Below, one piece after another: positions 8,250 to 16,051 of a DNA stretch of 64,000 nucleotides. Each line of letters starts with the position of its first letter. Position 1 is the first letter of the stretch. Origin of the DNA: Verrucomicrobiota bacterium. GTDB lineage: Bacteria; Verrucomicrobiota; Verrucomicrobiia; Opitutales; Opitutaceae. The DNA lies in assembly GCA_023443455.1 (NCBI GenBank), contig JAEZUE010000103.1:51885-115884 (forward strand), read 5' to 3'. The notes below the pieces were generated by a model, which searched no databases, was not told the origin of the DNA, and worked only from the letters and a program-made list of their open reading frames with translations. A program made the position numbers and the translations under genes.

Positions 8250-8602
8250 TGCGGCAGTGGGCGTTCGCCCGTATCAGCCTTCGCCTAACAGATTCCGAGT
8301 TCTTCTCTTCGACGCCAGCGCAGATCGAGGCCATGACTGAGGTATGGGCCGAAGATCGGCAGTGGGATCTCGCGAGCCGCACAGCATCAGCACTCAATGC
8401 GAAATGGAGCCACGAAAAAAAGGTAGTCCCATTTTCACCACGCGATTTCATTCCGAAGACCGCGGAGGAGAAACGCGCAGATGCGCGAGCGGAGTCAAAA
8501 GCCAGAGCCGAACGCGACCGGATACTCGAGATGAAGTTTGCATCTGTATCCGCAAGCCTACCGAAGAAGGGAGCGCCTGATGGCACGCAGGAAAAACGGT
8601 AG
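8249..8602 (+). CDS. gpT-like segment, probably expressed as a G-T fusion by a -1 frameshift (also has its own ATG)
   Basis: -1 frame relative to 7920-8249, with a TGATG junction. Lys/Glu/Arg-rich C-terminus. Confidence 0.55.
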   Translation: MRQWAFARISLRLTDSEFFSSTPAQIEAMTEVWAEDRQWDLASRTASALNAKWSHEKKVVPFSPRDFIPKTAEEKRADARAESKARAERDRILEMKFASVSASLPKKGAPDGTQEKR

Positions 8603-9107
8603 AGTTGCCCATCTCGACTTTGACCTCGCCGCCGTTCTTGACCTGCAGAGGACGTTAGCCGGGATCGCAGAGAATGTCCGGTCCGATGTTATCGGCGACA
8701 TGGTCGCCGAAGGCGCCAAGCCGATCGTGCGCGCGATCAAGCCGAAGGTGCCTGTCGACCTCGGAAACCTTCGGGCATCCATCGCTTATGGGGTGCGAAA
8801 GAACAGGCGCCGTGGGACAGCTGTCGCCTACGTCGGGCCCGAGGTAGGCGGAATCTTCCGGGCAGGGAAGCGGCTCAACAAAAAGAAGGACGATCTTCGC
8901 GGGGCGTCAGGACCATCTCGCTACGCACACCTTATCGAGTTCGGTCACGCCGCCCGCGACGGATCAAACGTCGAGGCCAAACCATTCATGCGACCCGGAA
9001 CAAACGAGTCGATCAATCAGGTCCAAGGTGCGCTCGTTGTTGGGTTCCAGAAGGGACTTACGCGCGCCGCGAGAAAGTTTGCCAAACGAATCGCAAAGGG
9101 GAAATAG
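8580..9107 (+). CDS. HK97 gp10-family neck/tail component protein
   Basis: ...KPKVPVDLGNLRASIAY...YAHLIEFGHAARDGSNVEAKPFMRPG matches the gp10 family pattern (vP.dtG.Lr.si ... EfGt ... a.PF.rp). GAAGGGAG lies upstream of the ATG. Confidence 0.7.
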   Translation: MARRKNGRVAHLDFDLAAVLDLQRTLAGIAENVRSDVIGDMVAEGAKPIVRAIKPKVPVDLGNLRASIAYGVRKNRRRGTAVAYVGPEVGGIFRAGKRLNKKKDDLRGASGPSRYAHLIEFGHAARDGSNVEAKPFMRPGTNESINQVQGALVVGFQKGLTRAARKFAKRIAKGK

Positions 9108-9110
9108 CCA

Positions 9111-10319
9111 ATGGGCAAGAACATCACAATCGCTCGACTGAATACGCTTGTGACGGCCAATGCCGCGCAATTCAGCCAGGAACTCGACAGGGCGCAGGCC
9201 ATTGCCAAAACGAAGAGCCGCGGGATCAGCTCGGCTCTCGATGGGCTCGGAAGCAAGCTTGCCGGAGCACTGACCATCGGAGGAGCTGTCGCGTTCGGGA
9301 AGTCGCTCGCTGACTACGGCTCCAACATCGTGCACCTCGCCGAACAAGCGAACCTATCGACGCGGTCGTTTCAGGTGCTCTCAGCTGTTGCGGTGCAGAA
9401 TGGCGTCGAGATGCAGCGCGTTGCCACGGCATCGGAAAAGATGCGAATGGGCCTTCAGCGTGCACGTGAAAACGCCGCAGATCCTCTGCATAAAAGCCTC
9501 CGCGCACTCGGACTCACTGCTACAGGTCTGTCCGGTCTCAATACGGATCAGAAGTGGGAGGCCATTGCGATCGCGATGTCGCATGCGAATAATGAGCAGG
9601 CAGCGTTCAACGCCGCGACGGCGCTGTTCGGCGAGGAGATGGGCCCGAAAATGCGATCAACGCTCCGCGAGTTGGCGGTCGGCTTCGACGCCGCATCCAG
9701 AGGCGTCGATGGGCTGATGCTCGACGATTCGCAACTGAGGTCACTCGAGCAGTTCGGAAGCTACCTCGATCGCATCGGTATCGCAGCGAAGGTTATGGCG
9801 GCCAACCTGTTGGATAGGTCGAAGGGATTCGATGACATGTGGAGATCGGCAAAGACATTTCTCGGGATGGAAGAGAAGATCGGGAAAGGCGACGTGCGCG
9901 CACGCGGTGGATTCGTTTTGCCTGGAAGCAATCTGCCCGCAGCAAAGACGAGAGGGCAGGAGATCGACGACATGATGTTGGAGGCCCAGAAAAAAGAGTG
10001 GGCCCGTGAATGGCAGGAGCATCAAGTCAAGATGAAGCAGATACATCAGCGCAATATTCAGAATTGGTCGTCACCTGAATATCAGATGAAGGTGCGAGAA
10101 TCACTGAACGCGCTCACGGTGGCCCCTAGGAATGTCGGCACACAGGCTCCGACTGATGCGTATTCGCGGATCGGACTTGCAAGCACAGACAGCAGCCCGA
10201 CGGTTACCCCGCAGAAGGAGACAAACGAGCACCTCAAGAAGGTTAATGAAACGCTCAAGCAGATTCGCGACGGACTATCGCATCTGAACAAATACCAAAC
10301 CGCAGCTTTCGGAAACTGA
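9111..10319 (+). CDS. Tape measure protein (short, 402 aa)
   Basis: Lies downstream of the chaperones. Helical, Ala/Leu/Gln-rich N-terminus with a hydrophobic GGAVAFG segment. Confidence 0.6.
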   Translation: MGKNITIARLNTLVTANAAQFSQELDRAQAIAKTKSRGISSALDGLGSKLAGALTIGGAVAFGKSLADYGSNIVHLAEQANLSTRSFQVLSAVAVQNGVEMQRVATASEKMRMGLQRARENAADPLHKSLRALGLTATGLSGLNTDQKWEAIAIAMSHANNEQAAFNAATALFGEEMGPKMRSTLRELAVGFDAASRGVDGLMLDDSQLRSLEQFGSYLDRIGIAAKVMAANLLDRSKGFDDMWRSAKTFLGMEEKIGKGDVRARGGFVLPGSNLPAAKTRGQEIDDMMLEAQKKEWAREWQEHQVKMKQIHQRNIQNWSSPEYQMKVRESLNALTVAPRNVGTQAPTDAYSRIGLASTDSSPTVTPQKETNEHLKKVNETLKQIRDGLSHLNKYQTAAFGN

Positions 10320-10323
10320 CAAC

Positions 10324-11082
10324 ATGGCAGGACTTATTGACTACCTTCGCCCGGACTACCCGCAGCGCGTTCGCGACGCGTCTGGCGTACGCCGGATCTA
10401 CGCGTTCCGCGGTCCGTCGGCCACGATCATTCCAGTTCTTCCGGCGATCGGTTCGACGTGGCTCGACCTATACCCGGTCGACAGGGTGAGCGACAACCAG
10501 ATAGGCGTGTCGGACTACTCGGATGCGTTCGTCGAGACGTACCAGATCGATTCGGAGACGACGACAGAGAAGACCGACGATCAGTATCCGTTCTTCGAGA
10601 TCGATCAGGTGCAGATCGAGAAGGCGCTGAAGCAGCATCCATCGTTCATCTCTTTCGCCGCTGCCGACTGGCAGGCCGTGAACGCGTGGGACGTCGAGAC
10701 CGATCACGTCCTTCGGTCCGCCTATCAGTACTATCTCCGCGACAAGGATGGGCTCGCGGTCGGATCTGTCGCGACGCTTACCGGAACCACGTCGTCAGGT
10801 CAAAAGGCGTACGCTTATCTCCGACTTCGAGGTGTCGAGTCGTTCCTCGATTTCGCGCCAGTCGTCAGGAAGAGTTCGCGATACCTCGGGAGCGCAGCTC
10901 CCGACAGTGTCGACACAGGGCAGAAGACGGATGCGCCGACATACGCGCCGACCGGTTACGAGTGGCTCAAGACCGCAGATCGCGTGTCAAAATCAGGCTC
11001 GCGTGGGATCGAGTGGATACGACAAGAGGAATGGACAGGCGCCCGCAAGGTGCTGCTCGACAAGGATAGCCTCTTCACCTGA
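10324..11082 (+). CDS. Hypothetical tail-tip protein (in the distal-tail position)
   Basis: Position only; no motif recognised. Confidence 0.35.
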   Translation: MAGLIDYLRPDYPQRVRDASGVRRIYAFRGPSATIIPVLPAIGSTWLDLYPVDRVSDNQIGVSDYSDAFVETYQIDSETTTEKTDDQYPFFEIDQVQIEKALKQHPSFISFAAADWQAVNAWDVETDHVLRSAYQYYLRDKDGLAVGSVATLTGTTSSGQKAYAYLRLRGVESFLDFAPVVRKSSRYLGSAAPDSVDTGQKTDAPTYAPTGYEWLKTADRVSKSGSRGIEWIRQEEWTGARKVLLDKDSLFT

Positions 11083-11087
11083 TCACG

Positions 11088-11666
11088 ATGAAACTTCCGT
11101 CACCAGTCTCGCCCGGGCAGCCGCTGAGCGCGAAGGCGTTCAACGATCTTCTCGCATTTGTCCGCTCGCTTGATGTTCGCAGCGGACCCGGAATACGGGT
11201 TGTGCGTAGTGCCGTAGGAACAACAATCACGGCAACAGTAGGCGGCGTAACACAAAGAGCGTCTTCCGCGCTGACGCATCCATTCCAAGTCACCGATTCA
11301 AGCTCCGGAGTTAATGCTTCCGTCACTGTAAAAACCGGGAGTGTTAACGACTCGATCCCAACCGGGATCGACCCAACTTCTCACTCGCTCACGTCGGCCG
11401 GGACATGGCGGATTTATCTCGACTGCACGCTCAGCGCCGATGCTGCCGGATCGATCACAGCGGTTGCTGTTGCAGTTGTAAACGGGGCCCAGCCTGCCGA
11501 CACGCGAACGCACGCATACATCACGCTCGCCACTGCAACCGTCGTTGCGATCACTGGCGGGTTCAGCGTATCGGAAATCAACCAGCTTGCGACGCACTCG
11601 TTGCGGTTCCACGCATGCGGTCGTGACGACTCGGTGGACGGTTCATACAACTTCTGGGGATTCTGA
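11088..11666 (+). CDS. Hypothetical tail-tip protein
   Basis: Position only. Ser/Thr/Ala-rich, beta-like sequence. Confidence 0.35.
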   Translation: MKLPSPVSPGQPLSAKAFNDLLAFVRSLDVRSGPGIRVVRSAVGTTITATVGGVTQRASSALTHPFQVTDSSSGVNASVTVKTGSVNDSIPTGIDPTSHSLTSAGTWRIYLDCTLSADAAGSITAVAVAVVNGAQPADTRTHAYITLATATVVAITGGFSVSEINQLATHSLRFHACGRDDSVDGSYNFWGF

Positions 11667-11668
11667 CG

Positions 11669-12568
11669 ATGGAGTGGCCACCGCAAGACACTGGCCGTTT
11701 CGCCGTTCCGTTCTGCGTGCAATGCTGCACGTTTGAACCCGTCGATAAATACGAGATATCTGGATCTGCAAACACCGGATACATGATGGTCGGCACACCA
11801 AATCCAGACGGCAGCGGGACAAGCCTGTTTCGCACTGTTACGTGGTCTGGCGGATTCTCGATCCAGTATTCGAACGAAGAGGACTGCTCGATAGTGGAGC
11901 TGACATCGACTGCATCATACAGCGGAGCGAGCACGAATGGCTTCGACATGTCTATCTCTGGATCCGTTGTGCTCTACCAAGACAGCGCTCTTATCGCAGA
12001 GACAAACATCGACGCTCCGAGCCTAGTAGCTCCAAACGGCATGCCAGACGACACCGCGGGAGGAACGACTGGAAGCACCGAATATCTCGACGGAACTGGC
12101 GAGTGTTACGTCGTGAGCGGTGGCAGCATCTATCCGCTTGGGAGGGCAACAGGGCAGGCAGTTGCGACGTTCTCAAACATATGCACGGAGGAGGATTCGA
12201 TTGCGTGGTACGATGCCGAATATCCCGGTTGGGATTCTTGGAGCAATGCCTTCATGGATTCTCTTTGGGACTACGTATGGACATCTGGCTATCAGCCAGC
12301 TCCACCGGCTACCGTTGGATGGTACCGACACGGAAGGATGAGGTTTCGCCGGACAAAGAGCGGATACACGCCAGGCGCACGATACATTTGCCAGATGCAA
12401 GTCGAGCGCACCGCATATGGCGAAGGGGCGTGGGCGCTGTACGCCACGATTGAGACGACTCTTGATGCCGATGCGAGCGGCACATTGACGTGGGAGGGCG
12501 AGACTCCATTTGCCCGCGGATACGAGACATGGGTAAAGGCGCGGTCGTTTACCGCGGTCCCGGCATGA
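11669..12568 (+). CDS. Hypothetical tail-tip / receptor-binding candidate
   Basis: Position only. Trp/Tyr-rich C-terminal half. Confidence 0.35.
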   Translation: MEWPPQDTGRFAVPFCVQCCTFEPVDKYEISGSANTGYMMVGTPNPDGSGTSLFRTVTWSGGFSIQYSNEEDCSIVELTSTASYSGASTNGFDMSISGSVVLYQDSALIAETNIDAPSLVAPNGMPDDTAGGTTGSTEYLDGTGECYVVSGGSIYPLGRATGQAVATFSNICTEEDSIAWYDAEYPGWDSWSNAFMDSLWDYVWTSGYQPAPPATVGWYRHGRMRFRRTKSGYTPGARYICQMQVERTAYGEGAWALYATIETTLDADASGTLTWEGETPFARGYETWVKARSFTAVPA

Positions 12569-12879
12569 GGCTGATCGTCCACCGGCCAGATCTCCATGAT
12601 CCTGTCGCTACGCCGGCGGCGACCGCCGCAACGCCATCCGCGGTCAAGATCGGCAACCTGCGGCGGGCCCTGCGGCGGTGGCAGCAGTCCGGGTTCAAGC
12701 TGACGCCCAGCAGCGAGCGCAAGACGAGGTCCTCCATCTGCGCCGCGTGCCCGCACTGGGACGACGCTGGTAACCTCGGCCTCGGTGAGTGCCGTGCGCC
12801 CGGGTGCGGGTGTACCCGGGCGAAGGTCTGGCTGGCGACAGAGAGGTGCCCGCTGGGTAAGTGGGCGAAGTCCAGCTGA
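12565..12879 (+). CDS. Small Cys-rich (zinc-ribbon-like) protein
   Basis: ATGA overlap with the previous gene. Motif CAACPHW-x13-CRAPGCGC-x12-CPLGKW. Confidence 0.4.
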   Translation: MRLIVHRPDLHDPVATPAATAATPSAVKIGNLRRALRRWQQSGFKLTPSSERKTRSSICAACPHWDDAGNLGLGECRAPGCGCTRAKVWLATERCPLGKWAKSS

Positions 12880-12889
12880 CTGGTCGCGG

Positions 12890-14002
12890 TCACCCACCGA
12901 TTCGAGCAACGACAGCATCCAACACCCGCCAGCATTTCGCGGCCTCCGATCGGGAGACCAGCCGGTTGATGTAGTGGCTGCGGAGAACTACCACCGAGTT
13001 GCCCATGTCGGCAGACAGGTCGTGCTCTGCGGTTCCGAGCGCGTAGAGAGTTGAAGCGTAGGTGTGCCGCCCGATGTCGACCGCCCACCCGTCGCCCTCG
13101 CCGCACCCTGCCCTCGCGCGGATCCGGCGGAACATCCGCCGCGACCAGTACCCCGGAACCTCTCCGCGCTCGGCCAGTACCTTGAGCACGCGAGCGAGCC
13201 GCGGATCAAGCCGGCTATGGCGCACGCGCGACACCTTGGTCGCAGCCTCGTCGAGCACGACCTCGCCTCGATCCCACCCGAACTGCTTCCAGCTCAACTT
13301 CTGGATTTCCTCCGGTCGCACGCCGGAGAAGAAAAGCAAGAGGATGTGAGCGAGCATCGGGCCCGGCTCAGTCCGCGACCCAGCATCGCGCCACGCCGCT
13401 GCAACGAGGCGCGAGAGGTGATAGGCCGACAACACGGCCGGCAGCTGGCGCTCGGCGCTGGGCAGCTCCACGCGCTCCATCGGAGATCGGTCGCAGTGAC
13501 CGGAGCGCACGCACCAACGGAAGAAGTTGCGCCATGCGATCGCATAGTTGATCCGGCTCCTGGCCGACAGCGGGGCCGAATCGAGCCATCGCTGCAGTTT
13601 GGCCGCATTGACCTGCCGCGGCGGAACGTCGCCACAGATCTTCGTGAGCTGCCCCACCCGGAACGTGAGGTTGACGGTCGTTCGCTCGCGACGGCCGGCC
13701 GCTTCCTTTGCCGCGACAAATTCGCCGACGAGCGCCAGCAACCCGCCGCGCAGTGCCCCAACGCTGGTGGACGCTGCCCCAACGCGTGCCTTGTCGCCCC
13801 AGACCAAGGCGCAGACCCCATCCATGCCGCTGCGGGCGGCTACCGCGAGCATCTCGCGCCGACGGGCCTCCGCCTCCTCTTTGCTTGCGAACCCCTCTCG
13901 GTATCGCTTCGGTGTGCGCTCGTGAGACCATCGCAGGCCAACGCTCAGGCGCCAACGCTGCACCCCATCATGCCTAAACTCTGGCGCGATTGTTATTCGC
14001 AT
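12890..14002 (-). CDS. int: Tyrosine-type site-specific recombinase (phage integrase)
   Basis: 370 aa from the ATG at 14002. C-terminal catalytic-domain pattern ...LLLFFSGVRPEEI..., ...IGRHTYAS..., ...LRSHY. The longer 503-aa ORF reads through the two tRNA genes and is rejected. Confidence 0.8.
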   Translation of the reverse strand: MRITIAPEFRHDGVQRWRLSVGLRWSHERTPKRYREGFASKEEAEARRREMLAVAARSGMDGVCALVWGDKARVGAASTSVGALRGGLLALVGEFVAAKEAAGRRERTTVNLTFRVGQLTKICGDVPPRQVNAAKLQRWLDSAPLSARSRINYAIAWRNFFRWCVRSGHCDRSPMERVELPSAERQLPAVLSAYHLSRLVAAAWRDAGSRTEPGPMLAHILLLFFSGVRPEEIQKLSWKQFGWDRGEVVLDEAATKVSRVRHSRLDPRLARVLKVLAERGEVPGYWSRRMFRRIRARAGCGEGDGWAVDIGRHTYASTLYALGTAEHDLSADMGNSVVVLRSHYINRLVSRSEAAKCWRVLDAVVARIGG

Positions 14003-14008
14003 ACGCTG

Positions 14009-14032
14009 GAAATTGGGGCAGAAATTGGGGCA
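14009..14032. repeat. Perfect tandem duplication of a 12-mer (GAAATTGGGGCA x2), 7 nt upstream of the integrase start
   Basis: Read directly from the sequence: gaaattggggca gaaattggggca. Confidence 0.9.
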
Positions 14033-14080
14033 GTTCAAGCGGCCTTTTGCGGACTCCAGCGGACGGTTCTCCTCTCTGAC

Positions 14081-14155
14081 GCCGGCATAGCACAGTGGTA
14101 GTGCAACGGTTTTGTAAACCGTAGGTCGTCGGTTCGAATCCGACTGCCGGCTCCA
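14081..14155 (+). tRNA. tRNA-Thr (anticodon TGT), CCA encoded
   Basis: Folded manually. Acceptor GCCGGCA/TGCCGGC, D arm GCAC-AGTGGTA-GTGC, anticodon arm ACGGT-TTTGTAA-ACCGT, T arm GTCGG-TTCGAAT-CCGAC, then TCCA. Confidence 0.9.
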
Positions 14156-14242
14156 GCTTTTTGCGGCGCGAAAAACTTCAAAAAATCCGCTTGTGCCGCG
14201 TGATCGGCCTCCTAGCGTCGCCCCTCTCGTTTCGGCGAGCAC

Positions 14243-14316
14243 TGCCCGATGGTGTAATGGTAGCACAGCAGATTCTGAATCTGTTTGTCTAGGTTCGATC
14301 CCTAGTCGGGCAGCCA
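14243..14316 (+). tRNA. tRNA-Gln (anticodon CTG), CCA encoded
   Basis: Folded manually. Acceptor TGCCCGA/TCGGGCA, anticodon arm GCAGA-TTCTGAA-TCTGT, T arm CTAGG-TTCGATC-CCTAG, then GCCA. Confidence 0.9.
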
Positions 14317-14692
14317 CTTTCTCCCTCCGCGGAGAGGCCTGGTGGAGCCAAGATGCCCGTCGACATGGCAAAGCAAACACGGGGACCGCGCGAGTCTGCA
14401 TCCGTCGCGATCACGGCTTCACAACTCGGCGCGGAACCACCCTATTGGGGCGCCCCGGACAGCGACGGCGGAACACTCGGCGCGAGGGGCGACCGGAGAG
14501 AAGAGGCGATTCCGTTCCCGCGCTGGAACCAATGCACCATGCCGAATTGGCAGGCCCATCAGCCCCCGGTCGCACAGGGGCCCCAAGAACGGCCGCGCCC
14601 GTAACTGCCTGCGCCCCAGTTTAGCCTTAAACGCTCCACTATTGCCTCCGCCTCGGCCAAACCGTAGCGGTTTTCAATCACGCCCCACGCCG

Positions 14693-15832
14693 ATGACCAT
14701 TCGCTCCCTCCGAGACACCCTCCCCTCACTTGCGACCCCACCACGCCGAAAGAAGGGCATGCTCGCACTGCTCACCTTGCTCTGGGCCAACGCCGTCTTG
14801 GCCCAGGGAACCGGACGGGCGGGCCCGCCCCATCTCCACCCGTGGGCGCCCAACCTCGGAGCGGCGGGCCTGTTGGCTGAATTCGGCAGCTACGACACCT
14901 ACGGCACCGTCCAGGAACGACTCGGCCAGTCGCGGGCCCAGATCGCTTGGGCCGCCATTCCCGGCAACCCCACCTCCGGCTACGAGGACGCCGCCGATGT
15001 GCTCGTGGTGCCGGTCGATCTGGCCGTCCCCCTCGGCTCCGAGCATTCGTTCCTGCGTGTCGGCGGCGTCGCGATGTACAACCGCGGCCGGGAAAACATC
15101 ACCTGGGTCGACATCGACACCAGGCGCGCCGAGCTGCAGTACCTCTACATCCCCACGCCCGACACCATCCTTGCGATCGGAGGCACGGTGGAAAACGCCG
15201 ACATCGCGATGGGCCACAGCCCCGGCCACATCGCCAGCGACGGGCTCGGCCTGCGCGCCGACATCGTGCACAAGTTCAGTCCGCGCTGGGGCATCGCGGT
15301 GCGCGGCGAACTCATCGCCGCCGAAGCCGAAACCCGCCTGACCCTGCGCAACGCCCTGCGCTACGGCTACGACCAGGACTATCGGCGCCTCTACCTCCAG
15401 ACCTGCCTCGTCGGCACCTTCACCCACGATTCGCTGCGCTGGGTCCCGCAGGGCTGGGTCTTTCGTCCGAACTTCACCGCCCTCTTCGAGCGCAACTCCT
15501 TCGCCGACGCCCTCGACACGTTCGGCCGCACCGTACGCGGTACCGTGGGTTCCAGCGACAGCTACGCCACCCTCTCCGCCTGCGGCCGCCTCGAACGAGC
15601 GAGCTTCCGGCCCTGGCATCCGGCCCCCTTCCTCGAGGTCGGGCTCGAACACGAGATCCGCAACGATCTCGACGCCCTGCTCGACGAACCGACGATTCTG
15701 CGCACCGCCATCGGCGCCTCGCTCAACCTCACCCACGGGGCCCGCATCGACGTCGAGTACTCGCGCCACGACGGACTCGAAGGCCTGCGGCGCGACCAGT
15801 CGCTGACCGTGCACCTCGGCTTCCTGTTCTGA
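14693..15832 (+). CDS. Outer-membrane beta-barrel protein (hypothetical)
   Basis: Signal-like RRKKGMLALLTLLWANAVLAQG, alternating beta-strand pattern, and a C-terminal ...LTVHLGFLF ending in Phe. The start could instead be 14759. Confidence 0.55.
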   Translation: MTIRSLRDTLPSLATPPRRKKGMLALLTLLWANAVLAQGTGRAGPPHLHPWAPNLGAAGLLAEFGSYDTYGTVQERLGQSRAQIAWAAIPGNPTSGYEDAADVLVVPVDLAVPLGSEHSFLRVGGVAMYNRGRENITWVDIDTRRAELQYLYIPTPDTILAIGGTVENADIAMGHSPGHIASDGLGLRADIVHKFSPRWGIAVRGELIAAEAETRLTLRNALRYGYDQDYRRLYLQTCLVGTFTHDSLRWVPQGWVFRPNFTALFERNSFADALDTFGRTVRGTVGSSDSYATLSACGRLERASFRPWHPAPFLEVGLEHEIRNDLDALLDEPTILRTAIGASLNLTHGARIDVEYSRHDGLEGLRRDQSLTVHLGFLF

Positions 15833-15838
15833 GCGTTG

Positions 15839-15977
15839 AGCCTTCGGTCGAGTGACGAGTGAGCAGCGTCGAGGGGCCGATCACAGAGGAGATCGAGCGA
15901 AGCGCTCGGGTTGGAAGCTCGCCACCGATGGTTTGGCGCTGGTCCCTCGACGCTCGCCTCCCGACCGCATCATCACG
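15839..15977 (+). repeat. MITE-like structured repeat, copy A (139 bp class)
   Basis: Aligns with the copies at 20392, 55549 (inverted) and 60874. Flanked by CTGAGCGT at 15829-15836 and 15979-15986. Confidence 0.85.
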
Positions 15978-16051
15978 GCTGAGCGTATCCGGAAAAGTGG
16001 CGCGCACTGCGCGCGCCGTCGCCGGCACGGGGAACTAGGCCGCCGGCCCAT

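Larger units (their letters stand above)
1..14002. mobile_element. Prophage, right-hand part (HK97-type head-neck-tail module plus tyrosine integrase); the left boundary lies outside the window
   Basis: Contiguous plus-strand block of capsid, connector, adaptor, tail terminator, tail tube, chaperone pair, tape measure and tail-tip ORFs. Many ATGA/GTGA start-stop overlaps. It ends with a divergent tyrosine recombinase 78 bp from tRNA-Thr. Confidence 0.85.

Noticed and set aside
1-14002. Gene-transfer-agent (GTA) or tailocin interpretation of the structural cluster.
   Set aside because: A capsid gene, a tyrosine integrase at the end and adjacency to tRNA genes fit an integrated temperate phage better. 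The replication, lysogeny and terminase regions would lie outside the window, so completeness cannot be judged.
14003-14401. N-terminal 133 residues of the 503-aa integrase ORF.
   Set aside because: This part reads antisense through tRNA-Thr and tRNA-Gln (giving the typical GIEPRQTDSESAVLPLHH-type translation). The recombinase fold begins after the ATG at 14002.
14353-14604. 83-aa ORF between tRNA-Gln and the outer-membrane protein gene.
   Set aside because: No motif and no convincing ribosome-binding context. The composition resembles the surrounding non-coding GC-rich DNA. It is left unannotated.
15839-15977. Reading the 132-139 bp repeats as a conserved peptide gene (…SRDERQ(S/T)IGGELP.RVLRSISSVIGPSTLLTRPNA on the opposite strand).
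   Set aside because: There is no conserved start codon. Copy C carries an in-frame TAG. The copies have flanking direct repeats and nested complementary arms, so the similarity reflects DNA/RNA-level conservation of a repeat rather than a protein.
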